Of a DNA stretch of 64,000 nucleotides, positions 8,548 through 18,359 are shown piece after piece. The position numbers were made by a program, and so were the translations under genes. The stretch's first letter is position 1; each line of letters opens with the position of its first letter. The notes beneath the pieces were generated by a model that worked only from the letters and a program-made list of their open reading frames with translations, made no database searches and was not told the DNA's origin. Origin of the DNA: an uncultured Collinsella sp. (lineage in GTDB: Bacteria > Actinomycetota > Coriobacteriia > Coriobacteriales > Coriobacteriaceae); the NCBI GenBank assembly GCA_958351385.1, contig CATWKM010000004.1:236-64235 (forward strand), written 5' to 3'.

Positions 8548-9394
8548 GAACATCCTCCTCAAATGCCCGCGCCGCCGCGCTCGGGCGCAGGCGGCGGGGT
8601 CGCTTTGCAATCAGTCTTTCTATTGTATCCGCGCACACGGGCTGGAACGCAAACGCGGCCGCGATGTCGCAAGAAATCAGCAGGTCGGCATTTGCATCCT
8701 GATCGGTGGGAGCAAGATTGCAAATGGCCAGCGTATCGCCGGTAAAGTAACGCGTAAGGCCCGCCGCCGGATACACCACGAGCGAGGTCCCGCCCACAAT
8801 GAGGGCATCGGCCGCGGCGATGGCGGCAACGGCGCCGGTCAGCACGTGCTCGTCGAGCGGCTCCTCGTAGAGCACCACATCGGGCTTGATGCGCCCACCG
8901 CACGCAGGACACACGGGTACGCCCGCGGCGTCCTCGTGCTCGCGCGAGCAAATCCACTCGGCGCTATAGACCGCGCCGCACGACCGGCAAATGTTGCGAT
9001 GGACCGATCCGTGCAGCTCGAACACGCGCTGTGAGCCGGCCATCTGATGCAGGCCGTCGATATTTTGCGTCACCACGGCATTTAGCTTACCGGCGCGCTC
9101 CAACTCGGCCAGCTTGGTGTGGCAGCGGTTGGGCTTGGCGCCAAGCGCAATCATCTTGGTGCGGTAGAAGTCGAAGAACTCGGCCGGATGCGCCTCATAA
9201 AAGCTATGCGAGAGCATAGTCTCGGGCGGGTAGGCAAACTGCTGGTGATACAGGCCGTCCACGCTGCGGAAATCGGGGATGCCACTTGCCGTGGAAACAC
9301 CGGCGCCGCCAAAGAAGACCACGCGCTTGTGGGTATTGAACAGCTCCGCCAGCGCGGTGGAGGCCTGCTTGGAATCTGTTATCGCTTGCGTCAT
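8534..9394 (-). CDS. cobB: NAD-dependent protein deacylase, Sir2 family
   Basis: GGAGVSTASGIPDFRS, TQNIDGLH, ELHGS, two CxxC motifs, KPDVVLYEE, GTSLVVYPAA; RBS GGAGGA. Confidence 0.92.
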   Translation of the reverse strand: MTQAITDSKQASTALAELFNTHKRVVFFGGAGVSTASGIPDFRSVDGLYHQQFAYPPETMLSHSFYEAHPAEFFDFYRTKMIALGAKPNRCHTKLAELERAGKLNAVVTQNIDGLHQMAGSQRVFELHGSVHRNICRSCGAVYSAEWICSREHEDAAGVPVCPACGGRIKPDVVLYEEPLDEHVLTGAVAAIAAADALIVGGTSLVVYPAAGLTRYFTGDTLAICNLAPTDQDANADLLISCDIAAAFAFQPVCADTIERLIAKRPRRLRPSAAARAFEEDVHGER

Positions 9395-9508
9395 GTTTGT
9401 CCTCCGTCCACGTTGGTCGGGGCGGCTGCGATTGCGCCGTCGCCCACGGAGCCCACCCCGCCCCTGTTGCGCTAATCTTAAGCCTGCCAACCCCGTCGAA
9501 AGGACACC

Positions 9509-10327
9509 ATGCCTCAGACTTACACTTTCGCCTCGTGGAACGTCAACGGCCTGCGCGCCGTGCTCAAAAAGGACCCGAGCTTTATCCAGATCGCGCAGGA
9601 ACTCGATGTCGATGTCCTAGCGCTGCAGGAGACCAAGCTGCAGGAGGGCCAGGTCGATATCGACCTGCCCGGCTATCACCAAACCTGGAGCTACGCCGAG
9701 CGCAAGGGCTACTCGGGCACCGCGGTCTTTAGCCGCCAGGAACCGCTGCGCGTGCTGCGCGCCGATGCACTGCTGCCCTACGCCGGCAAGGGTGGGGCTG
9801 CCGAACTCGTCGCCCAAGCCGCAACCGAGGGCCGCGTCTGCGCGCTCGAGTTCGACAAGTTTTGGTTTGTGGACGTCTATACGCCCAACGCCCAAAATGA
9901 GCTCGCGCGCATCGACGTGCGCATGGCTTGGGACGATGCCTACCGCGGCTTTTTGGCAGACCTCGAGCGCGAGACCGGAAAGCCCGTGGTGACCTGCGGC
10001 GACTTTAACGTGGCACACGAGGAGATCGACCTTAAGAACCCCAAGTCCAACCGCGGCAACGCAGGCTTTTCGGACGAGGAGCGCGGCAAGTTTACCGAGC
10101 TGCTCGACGCCGGCTTTACCGATACCTGGCGCGCGGCAAACCCCAACGTCGAGGGCGTCTACAGCTGGTGGAGCTACCGCTTTAATGCCCGCAAGAACAA
10201 CGCCGGCTGGCGCATCGACTACTTCCTGGTAAGCGACGCAATCGCCGACAACGTACGCGACACCGGCATCCGCGGCGACATCTTCGGCAGCGATCACTGC
10301 CCCGTCACCCTCACGCTAGAGCTCTAG
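9509..10327 (+). CDS. xth: Exodeoxyribonuclease III / AP endonuclease
   Basis: SWNVNGLRA, LQETK, GYSG, GDFNVAH, GWRIDY, SDHCP motifs. Confidence 0.95.
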   Translation: MPQTYTFASWNVNGLRAVLKKDPSFIQIAQELDVDVLALQETKLQEGQVDIDLPGYHQTWSYAERKGYSGTAVFSRQEPLRVLRADALLPYAGKGGAAELVAQAATEGRVCALEFDKFWFVDVYTPNAQNELARIDVRMAWDDAYRGFLADLERETGKPVVTCGDFNVAHEEIDLKNPKSNRGNAGFSDEERGKFTELLDAGFTDTWRAANPNVEGVYSWWSYRFNARKNNAGWRIDYFLVSDAIADNVRDTGIRGDIFGSDHCPVTLTLEL

Positions 10328-10494
10328 CCCAACTGATCCCTTGGGGACGGAGGAAAACGGATCATCCTCCCATCCCCATATGAGTTGCGGTGAAATAGTT
10401 CCTGATTGGAGGCCATGTGGCCGAAAACAGGAACTATTCCACCGCAAGTTCGGAGGGCGTAGCCCTACGGCCCAAATTAGCTGCCTCGCTCCCC

Positions 10495-11193
10495 TTACAA
10501 CCCGTACTTCACGACAACGCGGTTGATGCGGCGACACCAGGGTTTATACAAGGCGGCCAAAAACACGCAGGTCGCAAGGCCGTGCGTAATATCGAACGGC
10601 ACTGCCGTGGCAAGACGCGCCACGGCACCCGCCCAAGTAAGCGGCTGTACAAAACCAATGATGTCATACGCGTTGATCACGACGCCATACAGCAAGCCCG
10701 ACGCAAAGCCATACGCCAACAGTGCCGGCATTCGCACGGTTCCATCGGCGCGGTCAAACGCGCCCGCATGCGCCAGTGCGCCACCGATATAGCCCACCAG
10801 ACCCCAGGCATACATCTGCCACGGCGTCCACATGCCCTGCCCAAAAAAGAAATTGCTGGTCAGCGCTGCCAACGCGCCAACCATAAAACCATTGCGGCGA
10901 CCAAGCGTCGCCCCCGCGATAATGGCGATGGCGCTCACCGGTTTAAAGTCGGGAATGGGGCCAAACAAGATGCGCCCCACCGCGGCCAACGCCGCCAACA
11001 CCAGCGTGGGCATAATCTGGCGCAGGCCCGGGCGCGACGCCTCGTAACCCGCAAAGAACAGCGCAAGCACCAGCGCCACCACGACAAGCATGGCAAGCGC
11101 CGCCTGCTCAATACCTGCCAGCAACGCTGCAGCCATCACCGCAGGAACCGCCAGCAGCAGCGGGATTTCCATATGTTGCAAGACGCGCGACAA
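10495..11193 (-). CDS. ECF transporter S component (CbrT-like; substrate uncertain)
   Basis: Hydrophobic, with PDFKPVSAIAIIAG…SNFFFGQGMWTPWQM; TTG start. Confidence 0.8.
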   Translation of the reverse strand: MSRVLQHMEIPLLLAVPAVMAAALLAGIEQAALAMLVVVALVLALFFAGYEASRPGLRQIMPTLVLAALAAVGRILFGPIPDFKPVSAIAIIAGATLGRRNGFMVGALAALTSNFFFGQGMWTPWQMYAWGLVGYIGGALAHAGAFDRADGTVRMPALLAYGFASGLLYGVVINAYDIIGFVQPLTWAGAVARLATAVPFDITHGLATCVFLAALYKPWCRRINRVVVKYGL

Positions 11194-11314
11194 CGGCAGC
11201 CCCCATCAAACGAATGTCCGTTTATGGTAGCACGGGCAAAATGGGGCCGACCAATCCCCCGGCCGGCCTTGGCTGCCAGTCGATCAGGCTTTCGCCACGC
11301 GACCGGTCTTGGCG

Positions 11315-11785
11315 CTATTCGCCCGTAACTTTAGCGGCAATGGCCGCGACAAAGGGATCAAACAGCAAGCCGCCCACAACGACAAAGGCCCATCCGCCCA
11401 CCACGAGGCGAACCCAACGCGAGAAAAACGGCACACCGTCGATAACGCCAACGCCTGACTGAAACGCGACTTCAAATAGCCCGATAATGCAGAAGAGCAG
11501 AGTAGCGCCCACAACGGTTCCGCAAATCCGTGCGCCCGGAGTGTTCCGATCAAAACCAAAAAACTCAACGCACGTCTCAATTGCTTTGCCAAAGAGCGGC
11601 AAAAAACCCACGAACTGTGCAATACCGATGGCCAGAATAAGCTGCCCCCAGAAACCAGTAAGTCCCTGAAAATCTAAGCCAGGCTTTCCCTCAACAATAG
11701 GCAGAAATGAACACATGAATAGAGGATTAACGATGCCGTTGAGAATGGTCACAGCGGTACTCTTTTTTAGTGTCAAGTAGACCAA
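11315..11785 (-). CDS. Hypothetical membrane protein
   Basis: 156 aa with about 4 hydrophobic segments; AAGGAG directly upstream of the TTG start (short spacing). Confidence 0.55.
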   Translation of the reverse strand: MVYLTLKKSTAVTILNGIVNPLFMCSFLPIVEGKPGLDFQGLTGFWGQLILAIGIAQFVGFLPLFGKAIETCVEFFGFDRNTPGARICGTVVGATLLFCIIGLFEVAFQSGVGVIDGVPFFSRWVRLVVGGWAFVVVGGLLFDPFVAAIAAKVTGE

Positions 11786-11830
11786 CTCCTTTTGCCCTTG
11801 TCGGCCAGGCCCAAAGGGCGAAAACAGGTG

Positions 11831-13030
11831 TTACATAAGTGAATCGGGAGACGGCAGGAATGGAGACGCCAGCGCCGTCGCGCCAAACAAAACAGCGCAC
11901 CCAAATAGAAGCGTTTCATAGCTCTCGCCAATGCAGAAGGAGAGGGCCACGGGAATCAAAAACGTAAGCCCCAGCGAAACGGTGCTCACCACGCCACCGG
12001 CGCTTCCCGCAAGCCCCTCGCGCACCTCGGGCAACATGTAGGGTAGCGACTGAACGACCGGACCGGCGACGGCAGTCGAAACGCCAATCGCAAACATGAG
12101 CCCGACAGAAGGCTGAGAGACAAAAGCCTCTCCGGCCCACATAAGGGCACTCCCCGCCATTGCGGCGATGGCCATAAACACGCGATAGTCGCCAAATTGC
12201 GCTCGCGCGTAGGGACCGGCCACGCTGCCGACAATCGACCCAAGCGTCACGAAAGAGGCAAGAAGCCCGGCGACCTGAGGTTCGATTGAAGCCTCAAGCG
12301 CTGAAACAAGATAGCCCGAGTACGCCGTAGCCGATGCAAGGGCGACTCCAAGCAGTATCGCCACGAGCCAAACCATCGGCATCTTGATTACCGTCGCAAA
12401 CGCACTTGCCGACGACGAAGCAGGCTCCGCACCCTGAACGCCAAGGCCATCTGCAGCCTGCAGAACATCTGCCGATGGCGCAACCAGCAGCCACAGCAAT
12501 CCAAACACGGCAAATAAAACGGCAGCAAGGGCATATGCTCGTCCGGGCGTTGCAAAGAGAGGAGAGGTTGCAAGCGAGCAGGCGATTCCGCCCGACCCCG
12601 CAGCGTAGAACCATCCCATGGCCCTATCGGTTTCTCCGCCAAAAGCGGAACCAAGCACTTTTAGAACGATGGCATTCACGACGCATGGTGCCGCGCCCAG
12701 AAGCATGGTCGCCGTGAACAGCGTCGCAAACGATGCGCACTCCGCGCGAGCAGCCGCTGCAATTGCAGAAATCGCCGATGCGATGAATACGAGCACCTTC
12801 ACGCCATATCGATCGGCGCAAACGCCGACAGGCATGCCGAATACAACGGCAGGAACAAACGGGGCAAACAGGACGGCTGAAAACTCGGCCGAGGTCAGAT
12901 GCAGGTCCGACACAACCAGATGTGCCAATCCCGACACCTGATACTGCGCGTAGTTCGCAGCAAACACGATGCCGCACACCACAAACAGCAGGGCATATTT
13001 TTCGACCGTCCCTTTGCTCACGTTCATCAC
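11831..13030 (-). CDS. MFS transporter
   Basis: About 12 TM segments, motif A GVCADRYGVK; paralogous to 14685-15896. Confidence 0.85.
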   Translation of the reverse strand: MMNVSKGTVEKYALLFVVCGIVFAANYAQYQVSGLAHLVVSDLHLTSAEFSAVLFAPFVPAVVFGMPVGVCADRYGVKVLVFIASAISAIAAAARAECASFATLFTATMLLGAAPCVVNAIVLKVLGSAFGGETDRAMGWFYAAGSGGIACSLATSPLFATPGRAYALAAVLFAVFGLLWLLVAPSADVLQAADGLGVQGAEPASSSASAFATVIKMPMVWLVAILLGVALASATAYSGYLVSALEASIEPQVAGLLASFVTLGSIVGSVAGPYARAQFGDYRVFMAIAAMAGSALMWAGEAFVSQPSVGLMFAIGVSTAVAGPVVQSLPYMLPEVREGLAGSAGGVVSTVSLGLTFLIPVALSFCIGESYETLLFGCAVLFGATALASPFLPSPDSLM

Positions 13031-13035
13031 CCTAT

Positions 13036-14682
13036 CTATGCTTCATCCTTGCGATAGACGACGCGTCCGTTAAAGATCGTCGTCTCGACTTCGAGATCGC
13101 GAAGCGCCATCGGGTTCATTTCAAACGGATTGCCCGACAGGATGACGATATCGGCAAGCTTGCCGGCGGCAAGGCTGCCCAAACGGCGCTCAAAGCCCTC
13201 GACATATGCTGAGCCGAGCGTGTGCGCTTGCAGCGTCTCGCCGAGCGTCAGGGCATTCTCGCGGAAGTATCCCTCCGCCGGGTGCCCGTCAAACTCGCTA
13301 CGCGTCACCGCAGCATACACGGTATCGATAGGATCGATTGACATCACCGCAGGCCAGTCAGTACCAAGCCCTAAGTGGATTCCGCCATCGGCCTCTTCCC
13401 TATAGCGCCACATGTGGCTCATGCGCTCTTCGCCAAGAGACTCCTCGTACACGCCCTGCCCAAGGCCTCCGATGGGATGCTGCGGCTGAATCGCAGCATT
13501 AATGCCCAGGCGCTTCATGCGAGCAATATCCTCGAGCTTCAGGTTATCTGTATGCTCGATAGCAAAACGCGCCCCCTTGTTGCCGCACACCTCCTCGGCA
13601 CGCTCGACGGCATCGATAATCATCGTGGCCGATGCGTCGCCGATAGCATGGATACGAACATCGAAGCCATTCTTGCTGGCCTCGAGCATCATGCGGTCAA
13701 GCGTCTCCTGGTTGCATGCTGGTTCGCCGCGAAAGTCCTTCCCCGTAGGAGCGTTAAGATACGGCTCATGCATGTAGGCCGTGTACGCCTCGGGACAGCC
13801 GTCCAAAATGTACTTGAGGCCTGCCATTCGGACGCGCTCGCCGTGATGACGCACACGCAGGGCCTGCGACTCTGACATCGGAGCGTCGAGCGCAGAATAG
13901 TAGCTAATACGCAGCGTACTCAGGTCCTCGCTCGCCAGACGGTCATAGATGTCGTACACGCCGGGCGTAGTCACGCCCAAAGGATACATATCACCAATCG
14001 AAGTTATGCCGAGCTTGTTGAACTTGCGCATCGACTTGAGCAACGACGCATCAAGGTCCGGCTTATTGAGCACAACATCGAGCAAGATGTTCGTCGCCTG
14101 GGGCTCGGATAAAAAGCCATTCGGCTCGCCGTTGTCAAAGTGGCGAATAAGACCACCTTCAGGCGTCGGTGTATTGCGATCAATACCAACCGCCCTAAGC
14201 GCGGCGGTATTGCACCACACCACGTGCATCGAAAAATCCGAAAGCACGATTGGGCGGTCGATATCGAGTGCATCGAGGCTGCGGCAATCAGGGTCAATCG
14301 GGTTTTCCCATGCAGGCGAATACCAACCCTGGCCGTAAATCCACGGATTGTCAGGGTGTTCGGCAGCAAACTTTGCCACAGCATCCACGCAAGCCTGCTC
14401 ACTCGGCAGGAACATCAGATCGCAACAGAAGTCTTCATCCTTCTGGATTGAACCAAGCGCAAAATGCATGTGTGAATCGTTGAATCCGGGCATGACCAGT
14501 TTGTTGCCGGCGTCAATAACCTCAGTATCGGGACCGATAAACGGCTGCACCTTGTCGGGAGAGCCCACGGCCACAATCTCGCTGCCGCGAACTGCAACGC
14601 ACCCAGCGCGAGGCTCAAGTTCCTCGGCCGTAAACAGCGCCGTCGTCTTAAGGACGATATCGGCAGGGACTACCGCCTCCAT
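13036..14682 (-). CDS. Amidohydrolase_3 family metallohydrolase (YtcJ/NfdA-like)
   Basis: MPGFNDSHMH, SMHVVWCN, KYILDG, IHAIGD, IEH, GTDWP, GKLADIVIL. Confidence 0.9.
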   Translation of the reverse strand: MEAVVPADIVLKTTALFTAEELEPRAGCVAVRGSEIVAVGSPDKVQPFIGPDTEVIDAGNKLVMPGFNDSHMHFALGSIQKDEDFCCDLMFLPSEQACVDAVAKFAAEHPDNPWIYGQGWYSPAWENPIDPDCRSLDALDIDRPIVLSDFSMHVVWCNTAALRAVGIDRNTPTPEGGLIRHFDNGEPNGFLSEPQATNILLDVVLNKPDLDASLLKSMRKFNKLGITSIGDMYPLGVTTPGVYDIYDRLASEDLSTLRISYYSALDAPMSESQALRVRHHGERVRMAGLKYILDGCPEAYTAYMHEPYLNAPTGKDFRGEPACNQETLDRMMLEASKNGFDVRIHAIGDASATMIIDAVERAEEVCGNKGARFAIEHTDNLKLEDIARMKRLGINAAIQPQHPIGGLGQGVYEESLGEERMSHMWRYREEADGGIHLGLGTDWPAVMSIDPIDTVYAAVTRSEFDGHPAEGYFRENALTLGETLQAHTLGSAYVEGFERRLGSLAAGKLADIVILSGNPFEMNPMALRDLEVETTIFNGRVVYRKDEA

Positions 14683-14684
14683 GG

Positions 14685-15896
14685 CTACTCACTGTCCTTA
14701 GCGACGGCGGCCTGCATGGCCTTGCGACCGAGCTCGGGCAGGAAGAAAACCGGAACCACGGAAAGCAGGAAGCAGAGGCTCTCGAGACCCATGTTCATAG
14801 TGTAATCGGCACCGGCAATGGCGGAGATACCGATAGGCAGGAAATAGCTCATGAGCAGGGAGATGGTACCCACGATACCGCCAGCGGAACCAGCATACTT
14901 ATCACCAATCTCGGGAAGGAGAACAGGCATGGACTGCATAATCGGGCCGTTGATGGCGGTAAAGAAGCCATTGATGACCAAAATCGTCCACAGAAGGAAG
15001 CCGACCGGGGTGTACCACGTCACGAACATCGATATGGCACCGATGAGAGTAGTGACGATGAGGAAACCCTTGAACTTCCCAAGCTTATCGCAGAACGCAG
15101 GCCCAACGATGCAGCCGAAAAAGCTGCCGACGGTAACAATTGCGGCCATGAAACCAGCAGTGGCGACGTCTATGCCCTTGCCAAGCTGAAGCGCCTGAGG
15201 CAGGAAACCGGCATAGGCAGTGGTAGAGGCAAGTCCAAAACCGACGCCGATGGAGATTAGCCACACGCCAGGACTCTTGATAGCAACCTTGAGGTAGTCG
15301 AGCACGGGCTCGGGCTCGGGGAGCGATTGCCCCTCGGGCACATCTCGGTCAAGCACGATCCAAAGAACCCAGGAGATGGTCATGACGACAGCAGCGACCA
15401 TATAAGAGTTAAAGACGCTGCCGAACAAGCCAGCACAGATCTGAGCGACAACGATGGCAACGCACGAAGCCGCGTAGAACAAGCCCATGGCGAAACCAGT
15501 CTGTTCACGGAACCAGGTGCCGAGCACCTTGATGAGGTTGGCGTTGAGTGCCGAGATTCCCATGCCAATCAGGAACATCGATGCCATCTGCATCGTGAAC
15601 GAATCGAGCGTAAAGCAGCGGAGAAAACCGCCGGCAACCGAAATTGCGGTGCAAACCGTGACAACTTTCTTAGAACCGATACGGTCACCAAGGGCACCCA
15701 GCGGAATTGAGAAGAAAACGGCGGTAAGCATAGGAACGAGGAACAGCATCGAAAAGCCGACGGTATCGATATTGAGCATAGGCATGACCTCGACGGCGAG
15801 TGCTGAGACCTGGTACTGCATGTAGTTAGCCATAAAGCACAGCAAGCAAACGACTGAAACAATCGCCCAACGCCATGAAGGAAGCTTCTCTTCCAT
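14685..15896 (-). CDS. MFS transporter
   Basis: About 12 TM segments, GALGDRIGSKK motif A; RBS AAAGGAG. Confidence 0.88.
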   Translation of the reverse strand: MEEKLPSWRWAIVSVVCLLCFMANYMQYQVSALAVEVMPMLNIDTVGFSMLFLVPMLTAVFFSIPLGALGDRIGSKKVVTVCTAISVAGGFLRCFTLDSFTMQMASMFLIGMGISALNANLIKVLGTWFREQTGFAMGLFYAASCVAIVVAQICAGLFGSVFNSYMVAAVVMTISWVLWIVLDRDVPEGQSLPEPEPVLDYLKVAIKSPGVWLISIGVGFGLASTTAYAGFLPQALQLGKGIDVATAGFMAAIVTVGSFFGCIVGPAFCDKLGKFKGFLIVTTLIGAISMFVTWYTPVGFLLWTILVINGFFTAINGPIMQSMPVLLPEIGDKYAGSAGGIVGTISLLMSYFLPIGISAIAGADYTMNMGLESLCFLLSVVPVFFLPELGRKAMQAAVAKDSE

Positions 15897-16097
15897 GATG
15901 ACTCCTTTAATAAGTCGGAATAATCAAACAGCTTGGAGAACCGGGCCCTGGCTCTTAGTTATTCATATTTTGCGATTGGCCCCTCACCGAAACCATTCGG
16001 CTAACGGCTTATCATCATTCGAAAAAAGGAGTAGTATCTCTACGCAAATTAACTAAAATGCCAGCTAAACCACTACGCAATCTCATCGGAGGTCATC

Positions 16098-16880
16098 TTG
16101 AGCTTTTTGTCCGATTCTGAATGGCTCTGCTTAAACGATCTCGTGCTTTCGATTAATTCCATCGACAGCGACCGCGAGTTTCGCTCGACCGTCCTCAAAA
16201 AGCTGCGTTTTCTCATCCCCTACGAGTCGGCTGCATTTTTCCTGAGCGACCTTTCCAGGGATCTCGTATCCACCCCGCAAGAATGGAAAACGCGCGTCTT
16301 TCTTGACCCTCTTGGCATCGATGTCCCCGCTGGGATGCTCGAGCTCTACACCGAAAAGTACTGGCAGCAGGACATGATCGTCGCCCACCGCAATCTTACG
16401 CGCTCGACGGTGCTGCGCGAGTCCGATCAGCTCAGCCCTGGCGATATCGACAGCAGTTATATGAAGGATTATCTTGGCGGCCGCCACGTCGTCAACGTCA
16501 GTTTCTTTAATGACGAGGGCTTTTTGGGATCGCTCAATCTTAATCGCAAGAAAGAAGAGGGCGACTTTAGCGATCGCGAAGTTCAAATCCTTGAGCTCAT
16601 CGAACCACACCTCACGAACCGACTATCAAAATGGCGTGTACGCGCCGACCGCAGCTCGTCTGAAATCGTATTTGCTCACGACTACGACGTCTCAGCGCGC
16701 GAAATCGATGTGTGTCGTTGCGTGTTATCGGGCATGGACAACGCGGCCATCGCCGAAGAGCTCTCCATCAGCACTGGCACCGTTAAAAAGCATCTGGAGA
16801 ACATCTTTCGAAAAACACAGGTCAACAGCCGCGTTGGGCTCATGGCGCTCCTTCAGCAGTACACGGCGCTCAAGCAGTAA
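16098..16880 (+). CDS. LuxR-family HTH regulator with GAF-like N-terminal sensor
   Basis: C-terminal SAREIDV…GMDNAAIAEELSISTGTVKKHLENIFRK; DFSDREVQIL; TTG start after GGAGG. Confidence 0.88.
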   Translation: MSFLSDSEWLCLNDLVLSINSIDSDREFRSTVLKKLRFLIPYESAAFFLSDLSRDLVSTPQEWKTRVFLDPLGIDVPAGMLELYTEKYWQQDMIVAHRNLTRSTVLRESDQLSPGDIDSSYMKDYLGGRHVVNVSFFNDEGFLGSLNLNRKKEEGDFSDREVQILELIEPHLTNRLSKWRVRADRSSSEIVFAHDYDVSAREIDVCRCVLSGMDNAAIAEELSISTGTVKKHLENIFRKTQVNSRVGLMALLQQYTALKQ

Positions 16881-16904
16881 GACCGTTCTCGCCCGCGAAC
16901 CCGC

Positions 16905-18359
16905 TCACGCCCTATAAAACACGTTGTCGGCAAAGAAGTCGGTCGGCGGCTCCATGCAGGCGATCTCGCCATCAAACATCATGGAAATGTCATCGGCAAC
17001 CTGCTCGGCAAAGTCCAGGTCGTGCGTCGCCATGACGACGGTGCCGCCAGCCTGCGCATGGTCGCGCAGGGCGCGGGCGATGATGCGGCGGCTGGCCAGG
17101 TCCAAACCCTTGGTGGGCTCATCGAGCAATAGCAGTTCGGGGCCGATCAACAGCAGCTTTGCCAACGCAAGCAGCTGACGCTGTCCGCCCGAAAGGTCAT
17201 AGGGGTGGCGCTCCCCCAAGTCCGCGAGCCCCAGACTCGCCGCGCGCTCCCGCGCCATAGCCTCGTCGTACCCGCAGGCCGAAGCCCATTCCATCAGCTC
17301 GTCGCGCACCGTCTCGGCAACCAACAACGCCTTGGGATTCTGGGGCAGCAGCGCCGCCGATGCCGCCCCACGCACCATGCGACCACGCTGCAACTTGACC
17401 GTTTTGGCCAGTACCGAGAGCATCGTCGACTTGCCGCAGCCGTTTCCGCCCACAATCGCATGCACCGCGCCAGTCGAAAACGCCACATCGAGTCCGCACA
17501 GCACCCAGCCGGTAGCTCGGTCGTAGCGAAACCAGCCCTCGCGAATAGCTGCCGCCGCACTCGTCGCCGCCCCCTGCGCGGGCCGGCAAGAGTCCAAAGC
17601 CAAAAGTCCCTCGCGACTACCCAAACTCGCCAGGTCAACCACCTCGCGCACGCGGCCGCCCTCAATCCGATACGCGCACGTCGCATATTCGAGCATCGGG
17701 CGCGGCTGGTGCGTTGCCACAACAACCGTGCAACCCAGCTCGCGGTTCACGCGAAACAGCGCGTGCAGAAAATTTTTCTCGGCAACGGGATCGAGCTGGG
17801 ACGTGGGCTCGTCGAGCAGCAGCACGCGCGGGCGCAAGGCCAGCACGGCCGCCAACGACAGCAGCTGCTTGCGTCCGCCCGAAAGCGTATCGGTATCGCG
17901 GTGGAGCCAATCCTCCAGCCCAAAGAAATAGCTGGTCTCGGCTACGCGACGGCGCATCTCGTCGCGCGACATACCCAGATTTTCCAGGCCAAACGCCATC
18001 TCGTGCCACACGGTCTCGCACACGATCTGGTTCTCGGGATCCTGAAACACGTAGCCCACGCGCTCCGCGGACGCCCGGACGTCCATATCGGCAACGTTCT
18101 CACCCAGCACGCGCGCATCACCAGTGCGCTCGCCCGCCGGAGCGATCTCGGGCTTGAGCAGCGAGAGTAGCGTCGATTTGCCCGACCCAGTACCACCCAC
18201 CAGCAGCGCAAACGCACCTTGGGAAACACGCCAATCAAGTCCCTCGAGCACCGGTGCCTCGGCCCCGGGATAGGCAAAACTAAGGCCTCGCACCTCAATC
18301 GCCGGCGCGGCCGAGCCATATGCCACACCCGCCGCCGAGCTCCTATCAAACCGAGCCAT
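16905..18359 (-). CDS. ECF transporter ATPase (fused A-A')
   Basis: Two Walker A motifs (GTGSGKST, GNGCGKST), two LSGG motifs, LLLDEPT twice, FQDPENQ, HPYDLSGG. Confidence 0.9.
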   Translation of the reverse strand: MARFDRSSAAGVAYGSAAPAIEVRGLSFAYPGAEAPVLEGLDWRVSQGAFALLVGGTGSGKSTLLSLLKPEIAPAGERTGDARVLGENVADMDVRASAERVGYVFQDPENQIVCETVWHEMAFGLENLGMSRDEMRRRVAETSYFFGLEDWLHRDTDTLSGGRKQLLSLAAVLALRPRVLLLDEPTSQLDPVAEKNFLHALFRVNRELGCTVVVATHQPRPMLEYATCAYRIEGGRVREVVDLASLGSREGLLALDSCRPAQGAATSAAAAIREGWFRYDRATGWVLCGLDVAFSTGAVHAIVGGNGCGKSTMLSVLAKTVKLQRGRMVRGAASAALLPQNPKALLVAETVRDELMEWASACGYDEAMARERAASLGLADLGERHPYDLSGGQRQLLALAKLLLIGPELLLLDEPTKGLDLASRRIIARALRDHAQAGGTVVMATHDLDFAEQVADDISMMFDGEIACMEPPTDFFADNVFYRA

